This document shows, piece after piece, positions 1-9,068 of a stretch of 64,000 nucleotides of DNA. The stretch's first letter is position 1. Every line of letters starts with the position of its first letter. Both the position numbers and the translations under genes were made by a program. The DNA lies in assembly GCA_963718875.1 (NCBI GenBank), contig OY970378.1, forward strand, positions 872,265-936,264, written 5' to 3'. Origin of the DNA: Candidatus Parcubacteria bacterium (GTDB lineage: Bacteria > Patescibacteriota > Saccharimonadia > UBA4664 > JBIOIQ01). The notes beneath the pieces were generated by a model, which did no database searches, was not told the origin of the DNA, and was given only the letters and a program-made list of their open reading frames with translations.

Positions 1-789
1 GGCGGGACCAATGTTAAGGACCGCGCCACTATCGAGGGTTAGATTATTTGAACCTAAAGATTGGACTGTTACTGCACCAGCATTGGCCGCGGTACTGGTA
101 ACCTGAATAAAGTTACCCGATGATGAGCCTTGCACTGCAAACACGTCAGCACCAAATGAACCAGAACTGTTTTGTTTAACAATCGTGCTGGAGATGTTGG
201 TCGTAGGCTGGAAAGTGTTGGTACCAGTCCAAGTTTGAGTTGATCCCAATTGACCAAATGCACTAGAGTCCAGTCCATCTAGCGCATCGGCGTTAAAGGC
301 ATATGGTGCGCTAGCTAAAGCTTGGCGTGGCGTCATTGCCCCTTCAGTAAAGCTGGCGCAGCCGTTAGTGTTACAAGTGGCTGTGGCCGGAGTTGGCAAC
401 TCTACTTCAAGATACAGAGGGAAAGTTCCGCTAAATAAGGCCGGGCTTAAAGCTGGGTCGCCTTGGGTGGTATCGCCGAACTGGATATTGAACAAACCAT
501 TGCTGATTTGAACGCGATGGTCGGAAGCCCCGTAAACTCGGTCGCCCTGCCAAACGTTGGTTCCGTTCGTAAGTGCGTCCATGATTCTAAACTTAATGTT
601 GTATGAGCCGTCTGGTAGGATATTACCGTTATTATCGGTTAAACGACCTTGAAAATTAATTTTGTAAGGTATGGTTTGGGCGGCTTCGGCCGGTAATTCC
701 AAAGACGCCAAAAAGGATGTTGCAACCAAGAGAGTTGCGACTAACGTTGATATAAACCAAGCGTTACGCCGAGTACTGATAACTCTCAT
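1..789 (-). CDS. Large secreted surface protein, N-terminal part only (runs off the window)
   Basis: Manual translation from ATG 789: MRVISTRRNAWFISTLVATLLVATSFLASLELPAEAAQTIPYKINFQGRLTDNNGNILPDGSYNIKFRI...PRQALASAPYAFNADALDGLDSSAF. Signal peptide followed by the N-terminal module typical of CPR giant surface proteins. Missing from the ORF track because there is no stop in the window. Confidence 0.85.
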   Translation of the reverse strand, partial: MRVISTRRNAWFISTLVATLLVATSFLASLELPAEAAQTIPYKINFQGRLTDNNGNILPDGSYNIKFRIMDALTNGTNVWQGDRVYGASDHRVQISNGLFNIQFGDTTQGDPALSPALFSGTFPLYLEVELPTPATATCNTNGCASFTEGAMTPRQALASAPYAFNADALDGLDSSAFGQLGSTQTWTGTNTFQPTTNISSTIVKQNSSGSFGADVFAVQGSSSGNFIQVTSTAANAGAVTVQSLGSNNLTLDSGAVLNIGPA

Positions 790-1056
790 TCACAAGCACC
801 TTAACATGAGCATTATAGCATTATACTTATGCTTAAATCAAGCGTGTTACTTGCTTTGTGCTTGTTCGGCTGATAGAAGTTATATGATTTGCGTACTGTG
901 CATATTATATTTTTGTAGAGCCATTATTCGCTTGCTAAGCATAATATAAAACATCTATTAAATAGCATCGTCGTGCGGCTACAACTTTGACATGCAGCTT
1001 TGCTCTCAGCCTGGAGACTTTTTTACATACGAGCAGAAGAAACTAAAGATTTTTAC

Positions 1057-1114
1057 TATAAGGCGAAAGTCGACCTATTTAAGGCGCTTAATTTAGGTCG
1101 ATTATCGCCTTATA
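1057..1114. repeat. Long imperfect palindrome upstream of the giant surface protein gene
   Basis: TATAAGGCGAAAGTCGACCTATTTAAG-GCG-CTTAATTTAGGTCGATTATCGCCTTATA. Confidence 0.7.
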
Positions 1115-1156
1115 TGGGCTGCTATTTAGCGTCAACACTCAGATCATAGTTTAAGA

Positions 1157-1324
1157 GATACTGAACCCGGTTCGACCCTTCGACTTCGCTCAGGGAATAA
1201 ATTCAAGCTTACGGTCTTCGACTCTGCCCATTCGACTTCTCTCAGGGCGCCCTGAGTTTCATCGAAGGGTGAGGGAAGAGCCCTCAGGCTCAGACTCGAA
1301 CGAGCAGGCAAGTTCAGTATGACA
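1157..1324. repeat. Nested REP-like palindromic element
   Basis: Outer ATACTGAAC...GTTCAGTAT(GACA). Inner unit CCCTTCGACTTCGCTCAGGGAATAAATTCAAGCT recurs in reverse near 31047-31079 and in part near 13862. Confidence 0.75.
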
Positions 1325-1401
1325 GACGAGGGGTTTAGGAATTTTTGCTTAGTAGGGTTAAAGCCCCTAAATGGTTCTTTTAATGACCTTTAAGAGGTAC
1401 G

Positions 1402-2412
1402 CTAGAAGCGCCGAGGAGGAGGCTTTGGAGACGAAGGTGGTTTTATAGATGCCGCAGATGGCGGTGGCTTAGGCTTAGATTTGGATTTGGATTTGCGCTG
1501 GCGGATAGCCAAAGCAGTGCAGACAATTGCCAAAAACGTAAAAGCGGTGACTACGATGATAAAAAAGAGAGAAGACATGATAAGGACATAGTGCGTTCCG
1601 AGATTTTCAGTGCGGCCCAGCATATTGACCGAGCCATAGACCCTAAACAGACCAAAAGAGGGAGCGCCCTTCCACTCTTGGCTAATCTTGCGGATTGTTT
1701 GCGGCAGCACCACGTGGCTGGTTTGCAGCTTGGCTTTAACGTTTCCAAATAAATCCGCTACGTATATGGAGGCGTCAGCTTGATAATGGACATTGCCCTC
1801 ATTGCTTAGACGAAGAGTAGTTTTGAGGGGTGGCTCGGTTTGCCAAAAGTCGGTTTTAAAACTTAGTAACCGTCCTTGCTCGTCTACCGCCCCGTTAACG
1901 CGCAGGTAAAGAATGGCGCCGACTCGCTTTTTACTAGCCACCCCGCTCGTGCCTTTAGGCTCCACCTTTGTTTCGGTAAAAATAACTGCGTAGTACCCTC
2001 CTGGGCCGACCCCGCTAGGCACAGAGATTTCGTATGGCACTGCCACATGCTTGCCGGGTTCTAGATGAAGTGGGACCTGGCTAGTTTTAATCCAACTAGC
2101 AACATTTGTTTGGGCGGGCTTGAGTTGAAAACTTTGAATATAGTCTTCCCCCGATACGTTATAGGGAGTGCTATATACCTTGAAGTCATAGGCTTCGGTT
2201 CCGTCGTTAATGAGAGTTAAGCTGCCACTGGCACTTTTACCCGCATCGAGCTCGTAGCGCAGGGAGGTAGGAGACATGGTCATGCTAAGACCCTGGGCGC
2301 CGGAGGACACTCCTGGAGTGGCGCCCAAAGCGCTACCCCCTGTTAGCAAAAAGTTAGCGGCTAAAGCAGCTTGAATAAATTTTTTTGTTGTAGCTGAGAA
2401 TAGTTTGTTCAA
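1402..2412 (-). CDS. DUF916/WxL-interacting-like (chaperone-like) membrane-anchored protein 1
   Basis: Signal peptide, MSPTSLRYELDAG, GPGGYYAVIF, NEGNVH motifs, C-terminal TM helix and K/P-rich tail. Start estimated at TTG 2412 because the ORF-track start overlaps the upstream gene. Confidence 0.75.
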   Translation of the reverse strand: MNKLFSATTKKFIQAALAANFLLTGGSALGATPGVSSGAQGLSMTMSPTSLRYELDAGKSASGSLTLINDGTEAYDFKVYSTPYNVSGEDYIQSFQLKPAQTNVASWIKTSQVPLHLEPGKHVAVPYEISVPSGVGPGGYYAVIFTETKVEPKGTSGVASKKRVGAILYLRVNGAVDEQGRLLSFKTDFWQTEPPLKTTLRLSNEGNVHYQADASIYVADLFGNVKAKLQTSHVVLPQTIRKISQEWKGAPSFGLFRVYGSVNMLGRTENLGTHYVLIMSSLFFIIVVTAFTFLAIVCTALAIRQRKSKSKSKPKPPPSAASIKPPSSPKPPPRRF

Positions 2413-2426
2413 AGGCAAGACCAAAT

Positions 2427-3053
2427 TTAATTGGTTAGGGCGGTGTAGGTGACAATGTCGGTATAAGTTCCCTGCAAGACCGTGGCATTTGCCGCCACGC
2501 TGTACCAAACAGTAGTAACGTCGTTTGTACTGTTGGTAGAAGTTGTTTTGAGAGTGTTGGGTGATCCTGATGCCGGTACTCCTGCAAATGTGTCGGCAAC
2601 AAAGGCAGCGCTAGACTGCGAGCTGGTTGGGCCAGCTCCAAACCCGCCAGCTCCGTCCACTCTATACCCCCATCTACCTGAGGTTAGAGCAATGGGTGAT
2701 GCTTGAGTTCCGGTGGTGGCTGAAATGTTGTTGGAGCCTGAAACCAGGTTAGTATTGGCGTCAGCGTCTTCGAGTGTAAGGGTGTAGCCACTAATGTCGT
2801 TGGTACTTACCGTCACAGTATCGCTAGCAATGGTCTGGGCGCCGGCTACTGTAGGAAGAACATTTACATTTACTGTACCGCTGGTAGTAAACAGGCTAAT
2901 TATGGGGCTTATGACTGAACTAATAGTGGTATTGGCGCTAAAAACAGCCCCACTTAATACTGGGCTGATCATAATAAGCCCGCTTGCGACAATAGCTAGG
3001 CGTATCGGCTTAATATCTAGGAAGTGCATTTTTACCATAAGCTTTATAGACAT
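2427..3053 (-). CDS. Secreted pilin/WxL-like subunit (single domain)
   Basis: Signal peptide, S/T-rich beta protein, VSTNDISGYTL motif, C-terminal GTYTDIVTYTALTN. Start uncertain. Confidence 0.7.
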   Translation of the reverse strand: MSIKLMVKMHFLDIKPIRLAIVASGLIMISPVLSGAVFSANTTISSVISPIISLFTTSGTVNVNVLPTVAGAQTIASDTVTVSTNDISGYTLTLEDADANTNLVSGSNNISATTGTQASPIALTSGRWGYRVDGAGGFGAGPTSSQSSAAFVADTFAGVPASGSPNTLKTTSTNSTNDVTTVWYSVAANATVLQGTYTDIVTYTALTN

Positions 3054-3082
3054 AATATACGCTGACTCCCAGAGAGTCAAAT

Positions 3083-3976
3083 CTAGCGCTTAAATCTAGG
3101 ACGGAGTCGACGGAATAAGACAGCAACTATGATAACTACTAGCATAAGTAGGCCCACTACTCTCCAATAGCCAGTTATTGCAAAAACTAGCGAAACATGA
3201 CTTTTGCCGGTATCTTTGTCAGTAACTAAAAGCGGAATAAGACCAACATAACTACCTGCCTTGGAAAAGCTGAATTCACGCTTGTTACCGGGAAAAACTA
3301 GTGGGCCGTTCAAGTAAGTGCGCCTACCCCACCAGGCTGCTCGGACAGATACAGTTGGGTTATAGGCAATTGCCCTAGGAGCCTCCCCCACGTTTGCATA
3401 TTGGATTGTTCCCTTTATGCCATTGCCAAACTGAAAAAAAGCCGACTTCAGGCTAGAAATTGTGCCACTTTTTTTACCTGCCCCGCCGTTATCAAGGATA
3501 AGTAACGTTCCGGCTTTGGCGCTCTGCATGATGATATTGCCACTAACTGATGTGGGCTTTGGGACGGTGGCAAAAAAAATCGCACCATAAACTCCACCTT
3601 TAGGCAGCTTGTTGGGATCGATTGTAAAAGCAACTCTTACGGCTTCACGTGGACCTAAGTCGAATTCTGAGGCCGACACTGTAATACCTCTACTTATTGC
3701 AGCATCCTGATAAAATTGCAGGTCCCCGGCTAAGTTTATTTGTCGAAAAGCGCTGACTTCACTTTTTAGTGAAATAGTAGAGTCGGATGGGTTAGAAACA
3801 TCAACAAACCCCAACTTTGAGGTAGACCCGGTTAAGCTATCTTGATATTTGAGAGGCGAGACTGAAATAGTGGGGATACTAGCGAACAGCGGTTGTGGCC
3901 GTATCAGCCCACAGAGGATCAAACTAAAAAACGCCGGGATTACTAAACCAAGCCGCAGGATAAGCAGGCGCTTCAT
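3083..3976 (-). CDS. DUF916-like membrane-anchored protein 2
   Basis: ISVSP, KGGVYGAIFF motifs, C-terminal TM plus basic tail. Start overlaps the upstream stop (ATGA). Confidence 0.72.
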   Translation of the reverse strand: MKRLLILRLGLVIPAFFSLILCGLIRPQPLFASIPTISVSPLKYQDSLTGSTSKLGFVDVSNPSDSTISLKSEVSAFRQINLAGDLQFYQDAAISRGITVSASEFDLGPREAVRVAFTIDPNKLPKGGVYGAIFFATVPKPTSVSGNIIMQSAKAGTLLILDNGGAGKKSGTISSLKSAFFQFGNGIKGTIQYANVGEAPRAIAYNPTVSVRAAWWGRRTYLNGPLVFPGNKREFSFSKAGSYVGLIPLLVTDKDTGKSHVSLVFAITGYWRVVGLLMLVVIIVAVLFRRLRPRFKR

Positions 3977-5334
3977 GGTTTGAGCGTGGCAGTGTAAACC
4001 ACGGAATTCGTATAAGTACCAGACTTTTGAGATGTGGCAGTGTCGGCTCGAAACCGAACTGAGCTTTTTTCTGGTACCCCACCATTAAGTCCAGTGCGGG
4101 AGTGAAATATGGTGGGAGTGGTTGGAATAAAGGCAAAGTTAAAATTGGGCGTACTCCCCCACTTGACTTCTACTTGAGTCCCACTTATAAGGCTAAATCC
4201 TAGGCCCTTGGTTGTTCCCTCATTCCAGGCTGCCGGCGTTGCGATGTTTGCTGTAACACCCGGAATAGTGGTGATTCCGTCAACGGTATGAAGCAAGTCG
4301 TGGTCCTCTTGAATATAGAGCGAATAGCCACCGGCGTCAGTGCGCACCACAGCGTCGGCATCATAAATTTGGGAGATTCCTGGTGTAATGTTTGGCACCG
4401 TAAAAGCACTAGAAGAACCGGCGGCAGCAGAAGAAAAATCATTTTCTATCTCGCGAGGACTTAATGCCCGGCTATATAATTTAACCTCATCAATAGTGCC
4501 TTTAAAAAAGTTGGCTAGGTCATCTCGAGCGCCTAGCTTTAAAGTGTTGGTGTTGGTGGTGGTGGTGCCTATTGACCCCGTGCCAACCGGCGAGCCATCG
4601 ATGTAGAGTGTGGCGCTACCACCAGATTTGGTTACTGCTATGTGCGCAAACGTCCCCGTCGGAACTGCAGAACTACTAGTGATAGTTCGTAAAGCCGTGT
4701 CAAATCCTAAAAACTGTAATTTACCTGTGGTCTGCTCAATGCGCAGCTCGTAAGTATTGTTGGCTGAGCCATTGCCGGTGGTTTTAGCGGCAATGGTGGC
4801 ATTGTTGGCATAGTCGGTAGGTTTAACCCAAGCCTCGATGGTGAGCGATCCGGTCAAGTTTAAATTGGCATTACTGGCAATATTGGTATATTGATTTGAC
4901 CCATTCAAACCCAGTCCTTGGCCCAACTTACCGCTAACCCAAGTGGGCGTCCCGCTGGAATAACCATGGTTTTCGTTGGTGCTAACGTCATAGGCCACCG
5001 TGCCAACTCCCGTATCTAAGGGGTAATACGAGACGGTCCCACTAGGCAACACCGCCAAAGTTATCGACTGAGAAAGCTGAGCCACGTAACCTTGCGTCAG
5101 TTTGTAACTTTGACTCGATCCGCTTCCTACAACCCCTTCTCCACCGGAGTCATAAAGTTTATACGAGGTTGAGGAACCGGCTCCGCCAAAGGTGCTTCCA
5201 ACATTAGGATCTAACCGATAATTTGGACTGGTTAATGAGGTGGCATGGCCTGTGATTGGCAATGCCAAGATAAGCATAACAAACCCGGCTATGTAACGTC
5301 GCACCTCTGTACTCGAATTAAGCATTACCAACAT
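3973..5334 (-). CDS. Secreted LamG (concanavalin-like) domain protein with a pilin/WxL-like C-terminus, candidate adhesin
   Basis: LTIEAWVKP, FAHIAVT, TLYIDG, FKGTIDEVKLYSRALS are LamG motifs. Ends GTYTNSVVYTATLKP. True start is ATG 5334 or 5325; the ORF-track extension reads through IS sequence. Confidence 0.85.
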   Translation of the reverse strand: MLVMLNSSTEVRRYIAGFVMLILALPITGHATSLTSPNYRLDPNVGSTFGGAGSSTSYKLYDSGGEGVVGSGSSQSYKLTQGYVAQLSQSITLAVLPSGTVSYYPLDTGVGTVAYDVSTNENHGYSSGTPTWVSGKLGQGLGLNGSNQYTNIASNANLNLTGSLTIEAWVKPTDYANNATIAAKTTGNGSANNTYELRIEQTTGKLQFLGFDTALRTITSSSAVPTGTFAHIAVTKSGGSATLYIDGSPVGTGSIGTTTTNTNTLKLGARDDLANFFKGTIDEVKLYSRALSPREIENDFSSAAAGSSSAFTVPNITPGISQIYDADAVVRTDAGGYSLYIQEDHDLLHTVDGITTIPGVTANIATPAAWNEGTTKGLGFSLISGTQVEVKWGSTPNFNFAFIPTTPTIFHSRTGLNGGVPEKSSVRFRADTATSQKSGTYTNSVVYTATLKP

Positions 5335-5375
5335 TATGCCAAACTTGTTTGGTTTTGGCCAGCTAGGAAAGGGCG

Positions 5376-6254
5376 GGTTCTGTCCACTAAAACGGAACAG
5401 ACATACTTTTAAGTAATATAAATGGGCTACTGAACAACTCTGGGTGGTTCTTTCTAGCCTGGAACTCTCTGAGTAATCCCGGTAAGAACTGATGCATGAA
5501 GCGGTCGCGGGTACGTCTGGTAAACCGATCCAGGCAGCTCCAGATCCCTTCAATGCGGTTGGTTGGTCCAAAGTGGCCAATGGAATGGTTGCAGATCTCC
5601 AGACCATAGCCAACTTCCATTAGGCCAAGGTGAGAGGCGTGAGCATCAGCAAAGATCAGGCTACCGAGAGTGGCATACTGATCGAGAAAACCTTCTATGC
5701 TATCCTGCTCACAATCTAGTATCTCAGCTAGTCTTACGAGGTTGGTTTCCCGGTCCACGATACCCATAACAATGTGTTGGTTACCATATTTCTGCCGACC
5801 TAGATAGCTCTGGTCTATCTCCAGTAGCCCGACTAACTGGCTCTTGTCGACTGGTAGTCTAGATCGCAAGCGTTCTAACCAGCGTTGGATCGTCCAGTAG
5901 GACAGCCCCGTTGAGGTGATAATGTCGCCAGGTGACTGCTTACCGCTCCAGCAAGTCACCAGTTCCAGAATCCTCCTCCAGCCGAGCTTAGACGACCCAA
6001 AGCCGACTTGTTTCTTTAAGCTCCATTTACGACGACAGGTGCCGCACCAAAGATACTGAGTAGTTATGTGGATGTTTGAGTGAGACATCCAAGGGCAAAT
6101 AGGGCCCTCGGGATAAAGATGTACTAGCACTTGGTTAAAACATTCTTGGTCTGTTACCGGTAGATCTGCTAATGTGGTCATTGGAACAAGTCTCCTTTTC
6201 TAACTGGTTAGTCCTAGTTAGATTGTAGCTTGTTCCGCTTTAGTGTAATGAACC
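5376..6254 (-). mobile_element. IS1595-family insertion sequence, complete
   Basis: Imperfect 24-bp terminal IRs (GGTTCTGTCCACTAAAACGGAACA 5376-5399; TGTTCCGCTTTAGTGTAATGAACC 6231-6254). Flanking direct repeat GAAAGGGCG at 5367-5375 and 6255-6263. Confidence 0.9.
5387..6181 (-). CDS. IS1595-family (ISXO2-like) transposase
   Basis: N-terminal Zn-ribbon (CP...CGTC), HTH region, LEIDQSYLG, IFAD, NHS and TNRIEGIWS motifs. Confidence 0.9.
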   Translation of the reverse strand: MTTLADLPVTDQECFNQVLVHLYPEGPICPWMSHSNIHITTQYLWCGTCRRKWSLKKQVGFGSSKLGWRRILELVTCWSGKQSPGDIITSTGLSYWTIQRWLERLRSRLPVDKSQLVGLLEIDQSYLGRQKYGNQHIVMGIVDRETNLVRLAEILDCEQDSIEGFLDQYATLGSLIFADAHASHLGLMEVGYGLEICNHSIGHFGPTNRIEGIWSCLDRFTRRTRDRFMHQFLPGLLREFQARKNHPELFSSPFILLKSMSVPF

Positions 6255-6349
6255 GAAAGGGCGTCTTCTAATTACCATTAGAATTCTTTCAGCCATCCGT
6301 CTTCCTTAAATCGCAACTTTTTTAGATGGCTCTATTCATTCTTTTGTAC

Positions 6350-6546
6350 TATGTACCGCCAAACTGTCAGTAATAAATGTTTTTGATTATATGACTTCTT
6401 CTAGGAAGTTTTGTTAGACTTTTGGAACATTTTGACTGATGTTTTTTTTCTGATTAGCACTCAAAGCCATGAGAGGTTGAAAGAGAAGTTTATTATCGCC
6501 TTAGCCATTTAGCACAATAAAACTAGTGACAGTTTGGCGGTACATA
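6350..6546. repeat. 197-bp AT-rich segment bounded by a perfect 20-bp inverted repeat
   Basis: TATGTACCGCCAAACTGTCA (6350-6369) and TGACAGTTTGGCGGTACATA (6527-6546). A related pair lies at 62405-62598. Confidence 0.85.
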
Positions 6547-6629
6547 CAAAAAAAGCTACACCTTTATCCTTGCGTTCCCATTGAAGAGCGAGTGATTATG
6601 AGCCACAACTTAAAGGCTTTTTTATTGAT

Positions 6630-7553
6630 CTAGTCTTTGCCGCTGAGTGCTCTGAAAGCCTTTTTGAATCTTTTTCGGTTACGCCAGAGCAAGAAGTACA
6701 ATACGACGAGTAGAGAGGCGGCTATGATGAGCAGTTTGTATGGAACAACTGTAAAACTGGTTTCGGCTGTTAACTGTTGTTTGTCGCCGTTGTTTAATAC
6801 CAATGTGGCCTTATAAAAACCAAACATCCACTTTTTATTAAGGGTTGTTTCGGTGCGACGGATAGCGCCAGGAATAACATTCTTGGGCTCCAGCTTGACC
6901 GTGGCAACCTTCATACCCAATAGGTTCTTAACCGTGATTGTGCCTGTCGGCTTGGCGTGAACGTTGCCAGTATCTTTTATACGAGTTTCAAACTTGATGG
7001 GCCCAATCTCGTAAAAGGCCTTTTCGGTTTTAAAACTGGCAATTTCAACCCTCTCATTGGCATTACCGGCAATACGTAAAAATATTAGTGCGCCAAGCTG
7101 CTGCTTAACCGCCGCCCCGGATTGCCCACTCGGTAGCGTGGTCTCCAGAGTGTGGAATACTAACGATCCATAGCGTCCGCCAGGCTCGGCGTTCAAAGGA
7201 ATGTCGATTTTGAAACTAACCGATTGGGTCCCCTTAGCAGGAACGTTTATTACATCGGGTGTAGCGCTAAACCATGGCGCTAAAGAATAAAGGTCGTTAT
7301 TAGTAGTGAGGTCCACTTGCCCCTCTTCGCCTTTAGCAACAAAATTATTGCGGTCAGCTGCCAGGACTAGTGGCGAGCCAGTAAGATTGATGATTTTGAA
7401 TGAGCCGGTTACCGATTGGCCGGGATTAGCCGATATTTCTAAAGATGGCGGGGATATAGCAAACCCAAGTGAATCCGCATGCGCTTGCCCAGCTATTCCA
7501 ACAGAGCTTGCGAGCAAACTTATGACAACTAAAAAGCGAACCAAGTATTTCAT
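6630..7553 (-). CDS. DUF916-like membrane-anchored protein 3
   Basis: Signal peptide ending AHA, ISPPSLEISANPG, AEPGGRYG, DTGNVH, C-terminal TM and basic tail. Confidence 0.8.
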   Translation of the reverse strand: MKYLVRFLVVISLLASSVGIAGQAHADSLGFAISPPSLEISANPGQSVTGSFKIINLTGSPLVLAADRNNFVAKGEEGQVDLTTNNDLYSLAPWFSATPDVINVPAKGTQSVSFKIDIPLNAEPGGRYGSLVFHTLETTLPSGQSGAAVKQQLGALIFLRIAGNANERVEIASFKTEKAFYEIGPIKFETRIKDTGNVHAKPTGTITVKNLLGMKVATVKLEPKNVIPGAIRRTETTLNKKWMFGFYKATLVLNNGDKQQLTAETSFTVVPYKLLIIAASLLVVLYFLLWRNRKRFKKAFRALSGKD

Positions 7554-7734
7554 ATATGCTTACAATCATAACAGCAAATAACAAATCCTAATATTTAAAT
7601 CCTGTAAAGGGACGATGTCCCCACGGGATTTTTCGTCCGAAACTCGAATGAATACTCAAAATGCAAATGTTTAAAGATTGGGATTTGAATAACTTTTTCG
7701 GATTTGATCTTTAATTATCAAAACCTGACATTTC

Positions 7735-7873
7735 AACAAATAACACACTTTGATGCAGTGCTAGGAGATGCTGAAGCCCGTAAGGGAGTCCCCTGATCAA
7801 GTCCGGGGCAAGCTCCGTATTGAACGCGGACTGGAGGTATCGACAACGTAATGCACTAAGTGTGTTATTTGTT
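7735..7873. repeat. Long-stem palindromic element just downstream of the pilin-like gene
   Basis: Perfect 16-bp IR AACAAATAACACACTT (7735-7750) / AAGTGTGTTATTTGTT (7858-7873) enclosing ~107 bp with internal hairpins. Confidence 0.75.
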
Positions 7874-7875
7874 TT

Positions 7876-8970
7876 TTAATAAATGGGGGTGCAGGTGTAG
7901 ATGACGGTGGTGGTGTAGGTGCCTGGTTTTGTAACACCAGAGATGCCAACTTGATGGCCGACGCGGGTGGTTTGTGAAGCTACCGGGGCGGCATCGTAGG
8001 CGACCTCTGCATTGCTGGTAGTGTTAGCCGCCCAGACATCAGGAGTGCTGGTAAAGCGGTTGACGGCTAAGGCTTGCAAGGTGGCGTCATTGGTAGTGTA
8101 GCCGTACGACTCTGTTCCGGCGGCTGAAAATGAGGTTGGTGCGGCGTTGGTTCCAGTGTGGTCAGCAATTTGATTAGCGCCCGAGGTGGGTTTAGCGGTA
8201 TAGCGTATGAATACCGTATACCCGCTGCCGGCGTTGGTGGCGACGCTTAAATCTTGGCAAACAATTGAATTAGAGGCCGTTGTTACGGTACCAAAGGGAA
8301 TGGTGGTAGACGTACTGGCCTGCGTCGATGTTGCCCCATTACAACTAGCTCCGGATGCGACCGTATTAACTGTAAAGCTTAATGTAGGGTCGACGGTTAA
8401 TGACAGGGTCGATCCTGGGGTGAAGATAAACGCTAGAGTTGTATTGTCTACGGGGCTAGTGGTGCAATCGACGTTGTCATAAGTACTAAACTGCATGAAG
8501 TAGCTAACGTTAGGGATGGAGCTGTTTACAACTCCGGCCAATACAAAAGTGGCGTTAGTGGTAGTAGACGGGGTGATGCCAGTGTTGTGGGTATAAGTTA
8601 TGTTATTGGCGGTTGGGGTTAGCGTCCAGCCAGTGCCAGAGCTATTAACTAAAGTTGATGATGCGGCGGTGACGGTGGCAGAGGCGGCGGTGAAGCCGTT
8701 GCCAATATTAACCGCTGAGCTTGGGCTGGTACTAAAAACAGCTTTAATACATTTAATACTGGCGCTGGTAACGTTGCTAGCTGTAGTCGTATAAGTAGAG
8801 GTGGCACTTGGACGAGGGTCGCTTAGAGCGACCGATGCAGGGTTTAGTTGAGCAGCATTAACAATTCCAAAGTTGAGCGACATCGTGCCCAACAAGGTAA
8901 CCCAAGCCATCCATAGTCTCATTAAACGGCCTTGTGAAGCAATGATTTTGATTTGACTATGTTTTTTCAA
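7876..8970 (-). CDS. Secreted two-domain pilin/WxL-like subunit
   Basis: Signal peptide, LSDPRP, Cys pairs, VDPTLSFTV, VATNAGSGY, YGYTTNDATL, C-terminal GTYTTTVIYTCTPIY. Paralogous to 15934-17036 and 17364-18496. Confidence 0.78.
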   Translation of the reverse strand: MKKHSQIKIIASQGRLMRLWMAWVTLLGTMSLNFGIVNAAQLNPASVALSDPRPSATSTYTTTASNVTSASIKCIKAVFSTSPSSAVNIGNGFTAASATVTAASSTLVNSSGTGWTLTPTANNITYTHNTGITPSTTTNATFVLAGVVNSSIPNVSYFMQFSTYDNVDCTTSPVDNTTLAFIFTPGSTLSLTVDPTLSFTVNTVASGASCNGATSTQASTSTTIPFGTVTTASNSIVCQDLSVATNAGSGYTVFIRYTAKPTSGANQIADHTGTNAAPTSFSAAGTESYGYTTNDATLQALAVNRFTSTPDVWAANTTSNAEVAYDAAPVASQTTRVGHQVGISGVTKPGTYTTTVIYTCTPIY

Positions 8971-9009
8971 CTGACTTCTGCCTTTGATTAATTGAGATTA
9001 CTTTGTTTA

Positions 9010-9037
9010 AGCATAACAATAATAAGCAAGTTGTCAA
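9010..9037 (-). promoter_or_regulatory. Sigma70-type promoter for the pilin-like gene
   Basis: TTGACA-N16-TATGCT with extended -10 TG, about 40 bp upstream of the start. Confidence 0.6.
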
Positions 9038-9068
9038 CGCAGTTTTTTTTAATTCACCTTCACTCACG

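Noticed and set aside
671-949. 92-aa plus-strand ORF
   Set aside because: Antisense to the start and promoter region of the giant surface protein gene.
5335-5613. Apparent N-terminal extension of the LamG protein in the ORF track
   Set aside because: It is an alternative frame of the IS1595 element. The signal peptide begins at 5334.
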